IMG/VR virus record: IMGVR_UViG_3300045588_000033
Span: 27,511-91,510 of that record
Length of the DNA stretch: 64,000 nucleotides
DNA from: a virus
Reading direction: 5' to 3' (one strand)
This document shows, piece after piece, positions 1 to 9,057 of the stretch. Position 1 is the stretch's first letter, and each line of letters opens with the position of its first letter. The position numbers were made by a program, and so were the translations under genes. The notes beneath the pieces are model-generated. The model had not been told where the DNA came from, did no database searches, and saw only the letters and a program-made list of their open reading frames with translations.

Positions 1-1
1 T

Positions 2-160
2 TATTCTACATTTTTACAAAATATGGTATTTAATACATCAGTTCTTCTTTCTGATATTTCATTGTCAGCAGGAGATACTATAGATATTAAAGGATCATCA
101 ACCAATTCTGATAAAATATATTTAGGATTTGGAATATTTATACTTGATAAAATTAGCTAA
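2..160 (+). CDS. Partial CDS (3' end), probable structural/tail protein
   Basis: Open frame from nt 2 (YSTFLQNM...ILDKIS) to TAA 158-160, which overlaps the next ATG (TAATG). Confidence 0.6.
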   Translation, partial: YSTFLQNMVFNTSVLLSDISLSAGDTIDIKGSSTNSDKIYLGFGIFILDKIS

Positions 161-405
161 TGGCGATGTGCGATGATTATTCGTTATTAGTTTGGGATAA
201 ACAATGCGAGTTTGGTAAAGCAACATTTAAATACATGCAGCAATTGCAGTTCGGCAATGCATGCTGCGAGACACTAGATAAATTAAAAAATAAGCGTAGA
301 GCTTTAGAAATTCTTAACTGCTACGATACTAGAGATATAGAAAATAATACTACTATATACAACACTTTAACTTACCAACAGATTAAAAACTTATTAAATT
401 CTTAA
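160..405 (+). CDS. Hypothetical protein, tail region
   Basis: 81-aa ORF, translationally coupled to the upstream gene. Confidence 0.6.
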   Translation: MAMCDDYSLLVWDKQCEFGKATFKYMQQLQFGNACCETLDKLKNKRRALEILNCYDTRDIENNTTIYNTLTYQQIKNLLNS

Positions 406-407
406 TT

Positions 408-803
408 ATGTCACAAAAAGAAGTAGCCATAGTAGGCCATAATAATACAAGAGCACAAGTAACAGGTCAAGAAGAATTACTTGTAAAAGTAAACTCTATA
501 GGGTCTACTACAGGTTTAGCTACAGAAGTTACATTACAACAAGTAGAAGTAAACACTTCTCCTTACGCAAGAGTACCAAGCATGATTAGAACATCTTTAT
601 CAGGTGCTTTAACTCCTAATATTTATAGTGCATCTGTAGCTAACGTAGGTACATTAGATGGATTATTTTTAGGAGCTATACTTAAGAGTGGTGAAATCAT
701 TAATATTTCAGCAGGAGATATAAACAATTACTTTGCAAGTAATGTCATTACATATAATGCAATTGGAACAGAGTTTATTATAACTTATATAACTGCGGTA
801 TAA
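408..803 (+). CDS. Putative virion/tail protein
   Basis: 131-aa beta-rich ORF in the fibre cluster, TAATG coupled to the next gene. Confidence 0.55.
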   Translation: MSQKEVAIVGHNNTRAQVTGQEELLVKVNSIGSTTGLATEVTLQQVEVNTSPYARVPSMIRTSLSGALTPNIYSASVANVGTLDGLFLGAILKSGEIINISAGDINNYFASNVITYNAIGTEFIITYITAV

Positions 804-2170
804 TGAATTCTAAAACAAGAATATTTAAGTTTGTACCTACAACTGTATCAGGGCCTTTTAAAGTAAGGGTAGTTGCTGACGGTGGTAGTGTTGAATCAGA
901 ATCTTGTTTAAATGCTCAGGCTAAAGTATTATCTGACTCAGGTATATTAAGAGAGTGTAGTTTATTTATTACTCCTAATGGATATAAGACAAGTAAACTA
1001 TATGCTCAAACTCCATCCAACGGCAACGGAGACTTAACATGGACACGAAATAGTGAAACAACAAGGGTAAATAGTGCGAGGTTAATTGAGAATGTACTAG
1101 CAAACGTACCACGCTTAGACTATTCTTTGGGCGGTTGTCCAAGTATTTTATTAGAACCTCAGAGGACTAATCTGGCACTAAACTCAGGCGATGCACTAAG
1201 TGGTGGTGGGACTGGAGGTGTGGTCGTTGCTGATCAGATTACGGCACCTGACGGCAGCTTGGCTGATTTCTTTAAAGAGGACACAAGTAATGGTGAGCAT
1301 TATGCGGGTGACAGAACTTTTTCCGTTACTGCTGGAACCACATATACATGGTCGTTTTATGCCAAGCTTGGGTTGACAGGGGAGGTCCGACGCGTGTGCG
1401 TGAGAACTGGTCTTCAAGGCCCAGCAAATGTTATTTTCGATCTTGAAACAGGTGACAGTACTGTAATTGGAGGTGCTATTTCTTTCGGCAGTAGTTCTGC
1501 TGGAAATGGATGGTGGCGTTGCTGGATTGTGTTCATAGCAACTGGCACTGGAGTAGCTGTGTTTCGTCAGCAATTAGCAAAAGGCGTTAGCACTGGTTAC
1601 ATAGGTAACGGCACCTCAGGTCTATTTCTCTGGGGCGCTCAACTGGAAGCAGGAGCCTACCCAACATCCTACATCCCAACAGTTGCAAGTACATTTACAA
1701 GGGTTGCGGATACATTTAGCCGAAACAACATATTTACAAATGGGCTAATTTCTGCAAGTGGTGGAACATGGTTTATTGAATTGAATAATAATTTATTATT
1801 GACAAGAGATGCAATAGGAAATGGTATTTGGATTGGAGATAACAATACATCAAGCACAACTGGAAATTCATTAAACATTAGACACAACGGATTGACTGCA
1901 AGATTAATTATAAATAAGTGTATTAATGGTACGTTAACACCGTTATACACCACTTTGACAAACACTATTAAAATAGCAATTGATTGGAATGGTACAACTG
2001 CAGATGTCTTTGTGAATGGTGTTAAGGTTGTAACAAATACTGCCTTTGCAGTTACTAATATGGAATTCTTAAATGGTAATGGTATAGACGTTACAAAATA
2101 CATCAAACAAATGTGGCTTGAAAATGTTCCAATGTCCGACACTAAATTAATAGCAGCAACAACATTATGA
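803..2170 (+). CDS. Tail fibre/head spike-like protein with ConA/LamG-like carbohydrate-binding domains
   Basis: PRLDY..CPSILLEPQRTN, GNGWWRC and WGAQLEAGAYPTSYIPT motifs are typical of phage spike/lectin proteins. Confidence 0.7.
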   Translation: MNSKTRIFKFVPTTVSGPFKVRVVADGGSVESESCLNAQAKVLSDSGILRECSLFITPNGYKTSKLYAQTPSNGNGDLTWTRNSETTRVNSARLIENVLANVPRLDYSLGGCPSILLEPQRTNLALNSGDALSGGGTGGVVVADQITAPDGSLADFFKEDTSNGEHYAGDRTFSVTAGTTYTWSFYAKLGLTGEVRRVCVRTGLQGPANVIFDLETGDSTVIGGAISFGSSSAGNGWWRCWIVFIATGTGVAVFRQQLAKGVSTGYIGNGTSGLFLWGAQLEAGAYPTSYIPTVASTFTRVADTFSRNNIFTNGLISASGGTWFIELNNNLLLTRDAIGNGIWIGDNNTSSTTGNSLNIRHNGLTARLIINKCINGTLTPLYTTLTNTIKIAIDWNGTTADVFVNGVKVVTNTAFAVTNMEFLNGNGIDVTKYIKQMWLENVPMSDTKLIAATTL

Positions 2171-2439
2171 TATACCAACTCAAATATCCAACAAAAGAAG
2201 TAGCAATAAAAGACTTGCTACAAAAAGGAGTGTATACCAAAGATATGCAGTTCGGAAATAACATTCAAGCGGTTGTAGAAATCGGTTTAATTGTAGATAC
2301 TCCAGCAGTAATGGAAGACATGGAAATAGTTACAGAAGCTATCTATTTTGATGGTTACCACTTTGATATAATGACTGATGAAGTACTTGAATTTGATTAT
2401 ATTGTAACACCAAAAAACCAAAGTCATAAATTCTTATAA
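2167..2439 (+). CDS. Hypothetical protein, possible fibre assembly chaperone
   Basis: 90-aa ORF with ATGA overlap to the fibre gene; DGYHFDI..TPKN type small protein. Confidence 0.55.
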   Translation: MIYQLKYPTKEVAIKDLLQKGVYTKDMQFGNNIQAVVEIGLIVDTPAVMEDMEIVTEAIYFDGYHFDIMTDEVLEFDYIVTPKNQSHKFL

Positions 2440-2441
2440 TC

Positions 2442-2996
2442 ATGGCAACAGATATCCAAATAGTAAAACCGCAATTACCTCAGTATCAACCAGGATTATT
2501 TGCACAAACTGCATTAGGCACTGTAATAACTAATACTATTGCAGAAACTTCTCTTATAGGCCCAGGAGTGGGTACATTATCCGTTCCTGCAAATGGTTTT
2601 AAAGTAGGAGATAGTTTTTCACTTAAGATGTGTGGAAAGTTATCTTGTGCAAACAATGAAACAATACAGGTTAGAATTAAATCTAATGGAGTTGTTATTG
2701 GAGACTTTGGAGTATTTCCAATGAAGATTGCTACAAGTAAGTTTTTTGAACTAATAGCAGACTTCACAGTTACTAAAATTGGTGCAGCAGGTGTTGCAGA
2801 ATTATTTGTCAATGGTCAATATAGTTATAATCACAATGCAGCTGGTGTATTAGATGGAACTAACTTTGCATTAATATCTAATACCGTATTTGATACTACT
2901 ATAAATAATACTCTTACTATTACAGCACAATGGGGATTAGCAAATGCTGCTAATGCTATTCAATCACAAAACTTTGTATTATCTAAAACTTATTAA
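2442..2996 (+). CDS. Putative fibre/decoration protein
   Basis: 184-aa beta-rich ORF; N-terminal TDIQIVKP is shared with the next gene. Confidence 0.55.
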   Translation: MATDIQIVKPQLPQYQPGLFAQTALGTVITNTIAETSLIGPGVGTLSVPANGFKVGDSFSLKMCGKLSCANNETIQVRIKSNGVVIGDFGVFPMKIATSKFFELIADFTVTKIGAAGVAELFVNGQYSYNHNAAGVLDGTNFALISNTVFDTTINNTLTITAQWGLANAANAIQSQNFVLSKTY

Positions 2997-2999
2997 AAT

Positions 3000-4487
3000 A
3001 TGCCTACTGATATTCAAATTGTAAAACCAGATTTAATAATAGAAGGAAATAATATTGCTACTCCTAAGAGGGCTGCATTAAATTTTATAAATGCTACAGT
3101 AACAGATGATGCTATTAATAATCAGACTAATGTTACTATACCACCATCAGGAATCACAATAGGCACAACACCAATCACTTCAGGAGTTGCAGGTCGTGTG
3201 TTGTTTGAGGGTAGTGGGAATGTAGTGCAGGAAGATGCTAACTTTACATACGATGAAACATTAAAAAGATTAACTTTAAAAGCAGTTGGCGCACTATCTA
3301 CCGACATAGCATTCCGCATTAGAAACTCAGCAGATACACTTGACATAATCCGTGCAAATGGAGCAGGGGATGTGTTTGTTGGGTTAGGTGCGGGAAGGGT
3401 TAGTACGGGAAGTGGTAATACAGCTATTGGATTTCAATCTCTTTTTTCAAATACTTCCAGTGGTAGTAACACTGCTATTGGTAATAATTCACTATTGAAT
3501 TCTACAGGCGCTAGTAATACAGCTCTTGGATTTCAATCACTTTATACAAATTCATCAGGAGGAGGAAATGTAGCAATTGGAGCAAACTCACTTTTAAGTA
3601 ATACGACAGGAAACAATAATGTTTCAAATGGTTTTGGATCACTTAATTTTAACACAACAGGGAGTAATAATGTTGCTGATGGTTTTTATGCAGGTCGCTT
3701 CATAGCAGACGGCACAACAGCAAACACTATTACAAATAACTCAATCTACCTAGGCAACAACACTAAAGCCCTTGCAAACAACCAAACAAACCAAATAGTT
3801 ATAGGAGATAGTGCTACGGGTTTAGGTTCAAACACAGCGGTACTTGGAAATGACTCAATTACATTAACTGGGTTAAAAGGTAACGTAGCTATTGGTGCAA
3901 CAAGTGCTAGTGCTAAACTAGACATCAAATCCCAAGGAGCGTTAAGTACGGATGTTGCGTTTAGAGTTAGGAATAGTGCGGATACTTCAAACTTAATGAG
4001 TGTTCAAGGTGATGGAAATGTTAACTTTTTAACTAGGACAAACTTAGGTTTTCAAGGAATGACAACAACGGGCGGAGCATTATTTGTCTACGCTGGTAAT
4101 TCTGCGGATTTCATGTCGAGATGGATAAATACAGTTGGAAATCCTTGTATTGATTTTAGAACAAATGCAGATGGTGGGCAAATAATTTTAAGAAATCATT
4201 TAGGAGTTACTTCACTTACTTTGGACGGTAGATTTTCTAACGCTGTTGATTTTGCAGATAGTAGAGATATCGGATTCGGAACGGGTGGAGGTACTCGAAT
4301 CGGTTACGCAACAAATCAAAAACTTGCATTTTGGAACGCAACACCAATAGTTCAGCCAACAACCGCAGTAACAGCAGCTACTTTAACAAGCAATTTAGGG
4401 ACAATATTAACAGACACAGATACATTTGATGGCTATACAATGAAACAAGTTGTAAAAGCATTAAGAAATATGGGTATATTAGCGTAA
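3000..4487 (+). CDS. Tail fibre with NTAIG (YadA/Hep_Hag-like beta-roll) repeats
   Basis: Tandem ~14-aa repeats GNTAIGFQSL / NTAIGNNSL / NTALGFQSL / NVAIGANSL. Confidence 0.75.
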   Translation: MPTDIQIVKPDLIIEGNNIATPKRAALNFINATVTDDAINNQTNVTIPPSGITIGTTPITSGVAGRVLFEGSGNVVQEDANFTYDETLKRLTLKAVGALSTDIAFRIRNSADTLDIIRANGAGDVFVGLGAGRVSTGSGNTAIGFQSLFSNTSSGSNTAIGNNSLLNSTGASNTALGFQSLYTNSSGGGNVAIGANSLLSNTTGNNNVSNGFGSLNFNTTGSNNVADGFYAGRFIADGTTANTITNNSIYLGNNTKALANNQTNQIVIGDSATGLGSNTAVLGNDSITLTGLKGNVAIGATSASAKLDIKSQGALSTDVAFRVRNSADTSNLMSVQGDGNVNFLTRTNLGFQGMTTTGGALFVYAGNSADFMSRWINTVGNPCIDFRTNADGGQIILRNHLGVTSLTLDGRFSNAVDFADSRDIGFGTGGGTRIGYATNQKLAFWNATPIVQPTTAVTAATLTSNLGTILTDTDTFDGYTMKQVVKALRNMGILA

Positions 4488-4512
4488 AATTTAACAATTA
4501 AAAACAAATAAA

Positions 4513-4824
4513 ATGGGTTTAAAAATCAAAGCAACAAAAGAAAAGACAATCAAGTACATGGATTTGTCGGGTGAAGTGCAAGAGTTAACAAGTGTTTACG
4601 CACGTGTAGAGTGGGCAGCTAGAGAAAATGGAACAAAAGTTGAGGCTGCGTTTCCTTACATCTTTGTAAGCAAAGAAGCGTTTAAGTTAGGAGCTTCAAT
4701 GATTCAAACAGACATTCCAACAAGTGCAAATGGAGAAGTTGTAATACAAGACAACCAAACTGTGCATGAACTTTGTAAAGTTGAACTTGAAAAGTTGGGT
4801 TACGAAGTTGAAATAGACTTGTAA
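4513..4824 (+). CDS. Hypothetical protein, possible fibre chaperone
   Basis: 103-aa ORF directly after the fibre gene. Confidence 0.55.
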   Translation: MGLKIKATKEKTIKYMDLSGEVQELTSVYARVEWAARENGTKVEAAFPYIFVSKEAFKLGASMIQTDIPTSANGEVVIQDNQTVHELCKVELEKLGYEVEIDL

Positions 4825-5369
4825 TGCAATTTGATGTAAGACATATAATTACTTTATTCTTTGCTACTTTAATTAGCATAGTAATGTTGTACATGTTATC
4901 TGGCTGTCACAATGCCAAATATCATTTAGATAAGTTCTATGCTAAAGGTGGAGTAATAACGTGTGACACCACTTATATCAAGACTACAGACACTATATAC
5001 ATTAAGGGAGTTGACGGAAAAGACTCCCTCATATATGTTGTCAAAAATATACCATGTCCAAAGGCTACTGTAGAAACAAGATGGATGACAAGATTTGATA
5101 ATAGAAGATTCAAAGACTCTTTAAAGATAATGGCAGGAATGTATTCTGATTCTTTAAGAGCAGCTATTAAAAACAATAGAATAGATTCCAGAGAAGAAAA
5201 AATTAAGAATTCACAAGAAGAGAAAACAAATAGAACTCAAATAAAAGAAGAAAATAGAAATTATCCTTGGTGGATGATATTTCTTTCAGTTATGGGTACT
5301 ATCTTTATAGTTATTATTTTAACCAAAGTATTGATAAGATATATCAAACTACAAGCACCATTAATATGA
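4824..5369 (+). CDS. Lipoprotein, putative unimolecular spanin
   Basis: N-terminal signal with lipobox LSG-C plus a C-terminal TM helix (YPWWMIFLSVMGTIFIVIIL); adjacent to holin and endolysin. Confidence 0.65.
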   Translation: MQFDVRHIITLFFATLISIVMLYMLSGCHNAKYHLDKFYAKGGVITCDTTYIKTTDTIYIKGVDGKDSLIYVVKNIPCPKATVETRWMTRFDNRRFKDSLKIMAGMYSDSLRAAIKNNRIDSREEKIKNSQEEKTNRTQIKEENRNYPWWMIFLSVMGTIFIVIILTKVLIRYIKLQAPLI

Positions 5370-5863
5370 AAACGAATTTAATACTTATAGCTTTGTCAAT
5401 CTTTTCTTTTTTTGCTCCAATAGAGCTTTGTACAATTATCTTAATGGGTATTATATTATTAGACACAGTAATAAAATTAATATCTTTAAAAAAGATAGCG
5501 TGTGTAGAAGGTAGGAAATTCAGGGATCTATTTAAATCTAAAATGCTTAGAAGAGGATATATATTTAAAGCAGCAGGATACTACATCCTTGCAGGAGCTT
5601 TATTTCCTTTAGACTTCTACGCATTAACTCCATTTAGTTCTAGCCTACTAAGCGCATTGGGATATTCATTTGTAATACCTACACCAGCTTTGTTTACTAA
5701 TATGTTATTGTGTATATTTGCTTTAATGGAATTGTCTAGTATCAACGAAAATTGGTTCGATATTAGTGGTAATAACATTTTAAAAAGTACATTTAGTATT
5801 GTTAGAAAGATTAGAGCAACGATAACTAAAGTGTCAGACACTTGGAAAAACATTAAAAATTAA
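5366..5863 (+). CDS. Holin (phage holin 4-like)
   Basis: Likely start at ATG 5366 (MKTNLIL), overlapping the upstream TGA; multiple TM segments and ELSSINEN motif; precedes endolysin. Confidence 0.7.
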   Translation: MKTNLILIALSIFSFFAPIELCTIILMGIILLDTVIKLISLKKIACVEGRKFRDLFKSKMLRRGYIFKAAGYYILAGALFPLDFYALTPFSSSLLSALGYSFVIPTPALFTNMLLCIFALMELSSINENWFDISGNNILKSTFSIVRKIRATITKVSDTWKNIKN

Positions 5864-5866
5864 GAT

Positions 5867-6385
5867 ATGAGTTATAGTTTTTTAAATACTGAAAAATCAC
5901 CAAAGCTTTTAGTTGAAGCAGTAAAAATGCTTGGTACTAAAGAAATTGTAGGTAAGCAACATAATCCTGTTATTATGGGATGGGCTAAAGAAACTGGTTT
6001 AGAAAAAGTTTATACAGCCGATGAAATTCCTTGGTGTGGATTAGCTATTGCGTATGCTTGTCATAAAGCAGGTGTGGAAGTAGTAGATAAACCTCTTTGG
6101 GCACTTAACTGGGCTAAATATGGAACTAAAGTAAATGAACCTATGTTAGGTGATATTCTTACATTTAAAAGAGATGGTGGCGGGCATGTAGGAATTTATG
6201 TTGGAGAAGACAAAGATTGTTATCATGTACTTGGTGGAAACCAAGGAAACGCTATGAATGTAATAAGAATATTAAAATCAAGATTGCACCAAGCTAGAAG
6301 AACTAAATGGAAGGTTGCTCAACCTGCAAATGTTCGTAAAGTATTGTTAGATGCTAAAGGTATAATCAGTAAAAATGAAGCATAA
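5867..6385 (+). CDS. Endolysin, NlpC/P60-CHAP (TIGR02594-like)
   Basis: DEIPWCG ... GGGHVG ... VLGGNQ catalytic Cys/His motifs. Confidence 0.85.
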   Translation: MSYSFLNTEKSPKLLVEAVKMLGTKEIVGKQHNPVIMGWAKETGLEKVYTADEIPWCGLAIAYACHKAGVEVVDKPLWALNWAKYGTKVNEPMLGDILTFKRDGGGHVGIYVGEDKDCYHVLGGNQGNAMNVIRILKSRLHQARRTKWKVAQPANVRKVLLDAKGIISKNEA

Positions 6386-6543
6386 TGAAAATTAGAAACA
6401 ATTGGAGAAGCAGTAGAAGACAATGGGACAAATTGTCTTTAAGATTAAGAGTAGCATATTTTGATATATTTACTGTAGAAATAGATATCTCAAGAGAATT
6501 CTATATGTTGACAATTTTAAACATAACTATTAAAAATAGATAA
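6385..6543 (+). CDS. Small hypothetical protein (52 aa, not in ORF track)
   Basis: Hand translation MKIRNNWRSSRRQWDK...TIKNR; TAATG coupled to endolysin. Confidence 0.55.
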   Translation: MKIRNNWRSSRRQWDKLSLRLRVAYFDIFTVEIDISREFYMLTILNITIKNR

Positions 6544-6545
6544 TT

Positions 6546-6686
6546 ATGGCTAAGATTAAAGACAGTGCTACAGGAAAGGAAACTACTACTAAAGTTTATA
6601 GACCAGGTGTACATGCTAAATCTAAAAGTTCTAAATTAAAGAGCTCACGTAACTACAAAAAAGCTAACGTAGGCCAAGGAAGATAA
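6546..6686 (+). CDS. Small basic protein (46 aa, not in ORF track)
   Basis: Hand translation MAKIKDS...RPGVHAKSKSSKLKSSRNYKKANVGQGR; Lys-rich with a GQGR terminus. Confidence 0.6.
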   Translation: MAKIKDSATGKETTTKVYRPGVHAKSKSSKLKSSRNYKKANVGQGR

Positions 6687-6702
6687 TTTAAAAAATTAAT
6701 CG

Positions 6703-6710
6703 TATATTTG
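6703..6710 (+). promoter_or_regulatory. Bacteroidota-type -7 promoter element TATATTTG
   Basis: Matches TAnnTTTG, intergenic, 5 nt before ATG 6716. Confidence 0.55.
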
Positions 6711-6715
6711 CTATT

Positions 6716-7423
6716 ATGTTATCATTACAAGATTTACAGGCTCAGATAGATGAATCACTTGCGATTAACTCCGTAGAGTCATCCTTCTCGTATGAATTTT
6801 ATACAGATTTAATTAATGAGCAAAGATCATTGTGGTTACGCAATGAGTACAATAAAAACAGAAGCATCGATCCGTATGTAATACAGGATCTAAATTGCAT
6901 CGAACTAGAATTAGTAAACCCTATACAATGCTGTGTCGCAGTGCCTGCAGGTTGCAAAGTTTTACGAACTAAATTAAAGATTCCAAATACAATAGAGTTT
7001 TTCTTTACTAAAGGAATCGTTTCTGTAGGTTCTCCCGATATAATGAAGCCAAGAGCTTTATTGGTAGATTATTCTAGAGTGCCTTACGTAGGTAGCGGCA
7101 GAACTAATCAAAATGCTGTTTATGCTTTTTTATACGGAGGGTACATGTACATTACGTCTAAGAGTAGTAGCCATCTAATGATGAAGTACATCACCATCAG
7201 AGGAATATTTGAAGACCCTACTTCTTTGGGAGAATTTATCAATTGCTCTACTAATCAGACTTGTTGGACTCCAGCAGACCCTTATCCAATTAATCAATGG
7301 ATGTGGGCATATATTAAGCCACAGATATTACAACAATTACTACAGAAAGGTGCAGCACCATACGATGATGCTAACAATGCGCAAGATGCAAGAATAGATG
7401 TTCCCACTCAACCTGCTAGATAA
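6716..7423 (+). CDS. Tail ring/tubular protein (crAss-like)
   Basis: Synteny plus QDLNCIELELV and IRGIFEDP..YPI motifs seen in crAss ring proteins. Confidence 0.6.
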   Translation: MLSLQDLQAQIDESLAINSVESSFSYEFYTDLINEQRSLWLRNEYNKNRSIDPYVIQDLNCIELELVNPIQCCVAVPAGCKVLRTKLKIPNTIEFFFTKGIVSVGSPDIMKPRALLVDYSRVPYVGSGRTNQNAVYAFLYGGYMYITSKSSSHLMMKYITIRGIFEDPTSLGEFINCSTNQTCWTPADPYPINQWMWAYIKPQILQQLLQKGAAPYDDANNAQDARIDVPTQPAR

Positions 7424-7965
7424 TGGAAATGGCTAACATATATTTAAAAAGAGGCAAAGGGAAAATTGCTGGCAATATTAAGAAGGATGATTTCTTTTCT
7501 TATTATAAAAGCAATGCTAGAGAATCCCTATTGCCTAAAGATAAATATAATGCGTTTATTAAGGATTTACTAAATACCTTTAGTACAGCTATAGTTGATA
7601 ACAATCTAGAGTTAAAGATTACTAAAGTAGGAAAGTTAAGAATAAAGAGTAGTCATTTGAATTTCTTTAAAGCTAATGGGGAGAAATCCAAAAGCTTAAA
7701 ACCTAATTGGAAAGCTACTTGGGAATTTTGGCAAAGTAAATACCCAGGATTAACAAGAGACGAGATTGTAGAAATAAAAGATAAGAAAGTTATTTATCAC
7801 GAGAATGAGCATTCTAACCAAGAGTTTTATGAGCATTACTGGGATAAAGCAACAATTAATTTAAAGTATAAAAGTTTTTATGTATTTAAAGCATCAAGAC
7901 AATATTCTAGATTAATTGCTAAAATAGTTAAAGAACCGAATCGTAAAGTATTTTATTATGGATAA
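7423..7965 (+). CDS. IHF/HU-like basic protein (crAss-conserved)
   Basis: Basic; LELKITKVGKLRIK and FKASRQYSR motifs; lies between ring genes. Confidence 0.6.
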   Translation: MEMANIYLKRGKGKIAGNIKKDDFFSYYKSNARESLLPKDKYNAFIKDLLNTFSTAIVDNNLELKITKVGKLRIKSSHLNFFKANGEKSKSLKPNWKATWEFWQSKYPGLTRDEIVEIKDKKVIYHENEHSNQEFYEHYWDKATINLKYKSFYVFKASRQYSRLIAKIVKEPNRKVFYYG

Positions 7966-8233
7966 CGAAACAATGGAAAACGAAGGCTCCTCTAAAAGTG
8001 TGGAGACTGTAGTAAAGACTACTAGAAAAGAATTTGAAGACGGAGGTTACGAAGAAACACGCGTTGAAGAAGTTGAAGGTGGATTTATTACAACCGTTTG
8101 TACTCGTAAAAAAGTAAACGGAGAGTGGGAATATAAAGATGAAAAATCAGTAAGCGTAGAAGATCCTACTAAAGATACTTCATCTGAAGGAATCGCAAGT
8201 AGACTAGAAAGCATACTTAAAGGTATAGTATAA
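7958..8233 (+). CDS. Hypothetical acidic protein
   Basis: 91-aa ORF coupled to both neighbours. Confidence 0.55.
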   Translation: MDNETMENEGSSKSVETVVKTTRKEFEDGGYEETRVEEVEGGFITTVCTRKKVNGEWEYKDEKSVSVEDPTKDTSSEGIASRLESILKGIV

Positions 8234-9057
8234 TGTACGCAGGAAAAACAGTTTCTTATAAAGCAATCCTTGATAAATGTATCAGGGATTTCGGCTTTAA
8301 CTATGATATCCACGAAGAAGAAGGAATAGAATGGTTAGCAGAATTTATGGCACACACTAATGTAGGCGTGACTATGGAGGAAAAGATTGCTTATGTTGAA
8401 TCTTGTGACGGTAGAGCAGACTTGCCATTTGACTTATATAAAATAGGCCAAGTAGCTCACATGGAAGGAATAACAACAATAGAAGAAGCTGAATGCGGGC
8501 ACGGTAGAATGTATCCAATGCGTTGGAAAACAGATTACTTCCACAAAAGATATCACAAAGATACTAGAGACTATACTACCGAAGGTAGAGAAACTTACAC
8601 TGTAGGTCAAGGATACATTTTCCCATCTTTTAATAAAGGTATTATGGCGATGAGTTATTCGGCTATACCTACAGACGATTGTGGCTATCCTACTATTCCT
8701 GCAGAACAACAATGGATGGAAGCAGGAGCTCACTATATTGCTCATAAAATAGCAAGAAAACTTTGGTTACGTAACGAATTATCGGGAGATAAATTCCAAA
8801 TTATAGAACGAGATAAAGAATGGTACTTTGCTCAAGCAGTAAACCATGCTAAACAATGGAACGGTGTTGATGAAGCAGAAAGTGTTAAGAACAGTGTAGT
8901 AAGAACTATACCTGATTTACAGGCGCATGCTTCTTTCTTTGCTAATATGCAATTGCCAGAACAAAGAAAGTTTAGACCGAAAGCAGGTACAGGTTTAGTA
9001 TCTACTATTAACGTATTAACTCAGAATGCACAAGGAAGTAACCCAGCTACTACATAA
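8233..9057 (+). CDS. Tail tubular/ring protein
   Basis: ADLPFDL, YSAIPTDDCGYPTIP motifs; immediately upstream of the muzzle gene as in crAss-like phages. Confidence 0.65.
   Translation: MYAGKTVSYKAILDKCIRDFGFNYDIHEEEGIEWLAEFMAHTNVGVTMEEKIAYVESCDGRADLPFDLYKIGQVAHMEGITTIEEAECGHGRMYPMRWKTDYFHKRYHKDTRDYTTEGRETYTVGQGYIFPSFNKGIMAMSYSAIPTDDCGYPTIPAEQQWMEAGAHYIAHKIARKLWLRNELSGDKFQIIERDKEWYFAQAVNHAKQWNGVDEAESVKNSVVRTIPDLQAHASFFANMQLPEQRKFRPKAGTGLVSTINVLTQNAQGSNPATT

Noticed and set aside
803-4487. Diversity-generating retroelement targeting the fibres
   Set aside because: No reverse transcriptase and no TR/VR pair with adenine-specific mismatches were seen in the window
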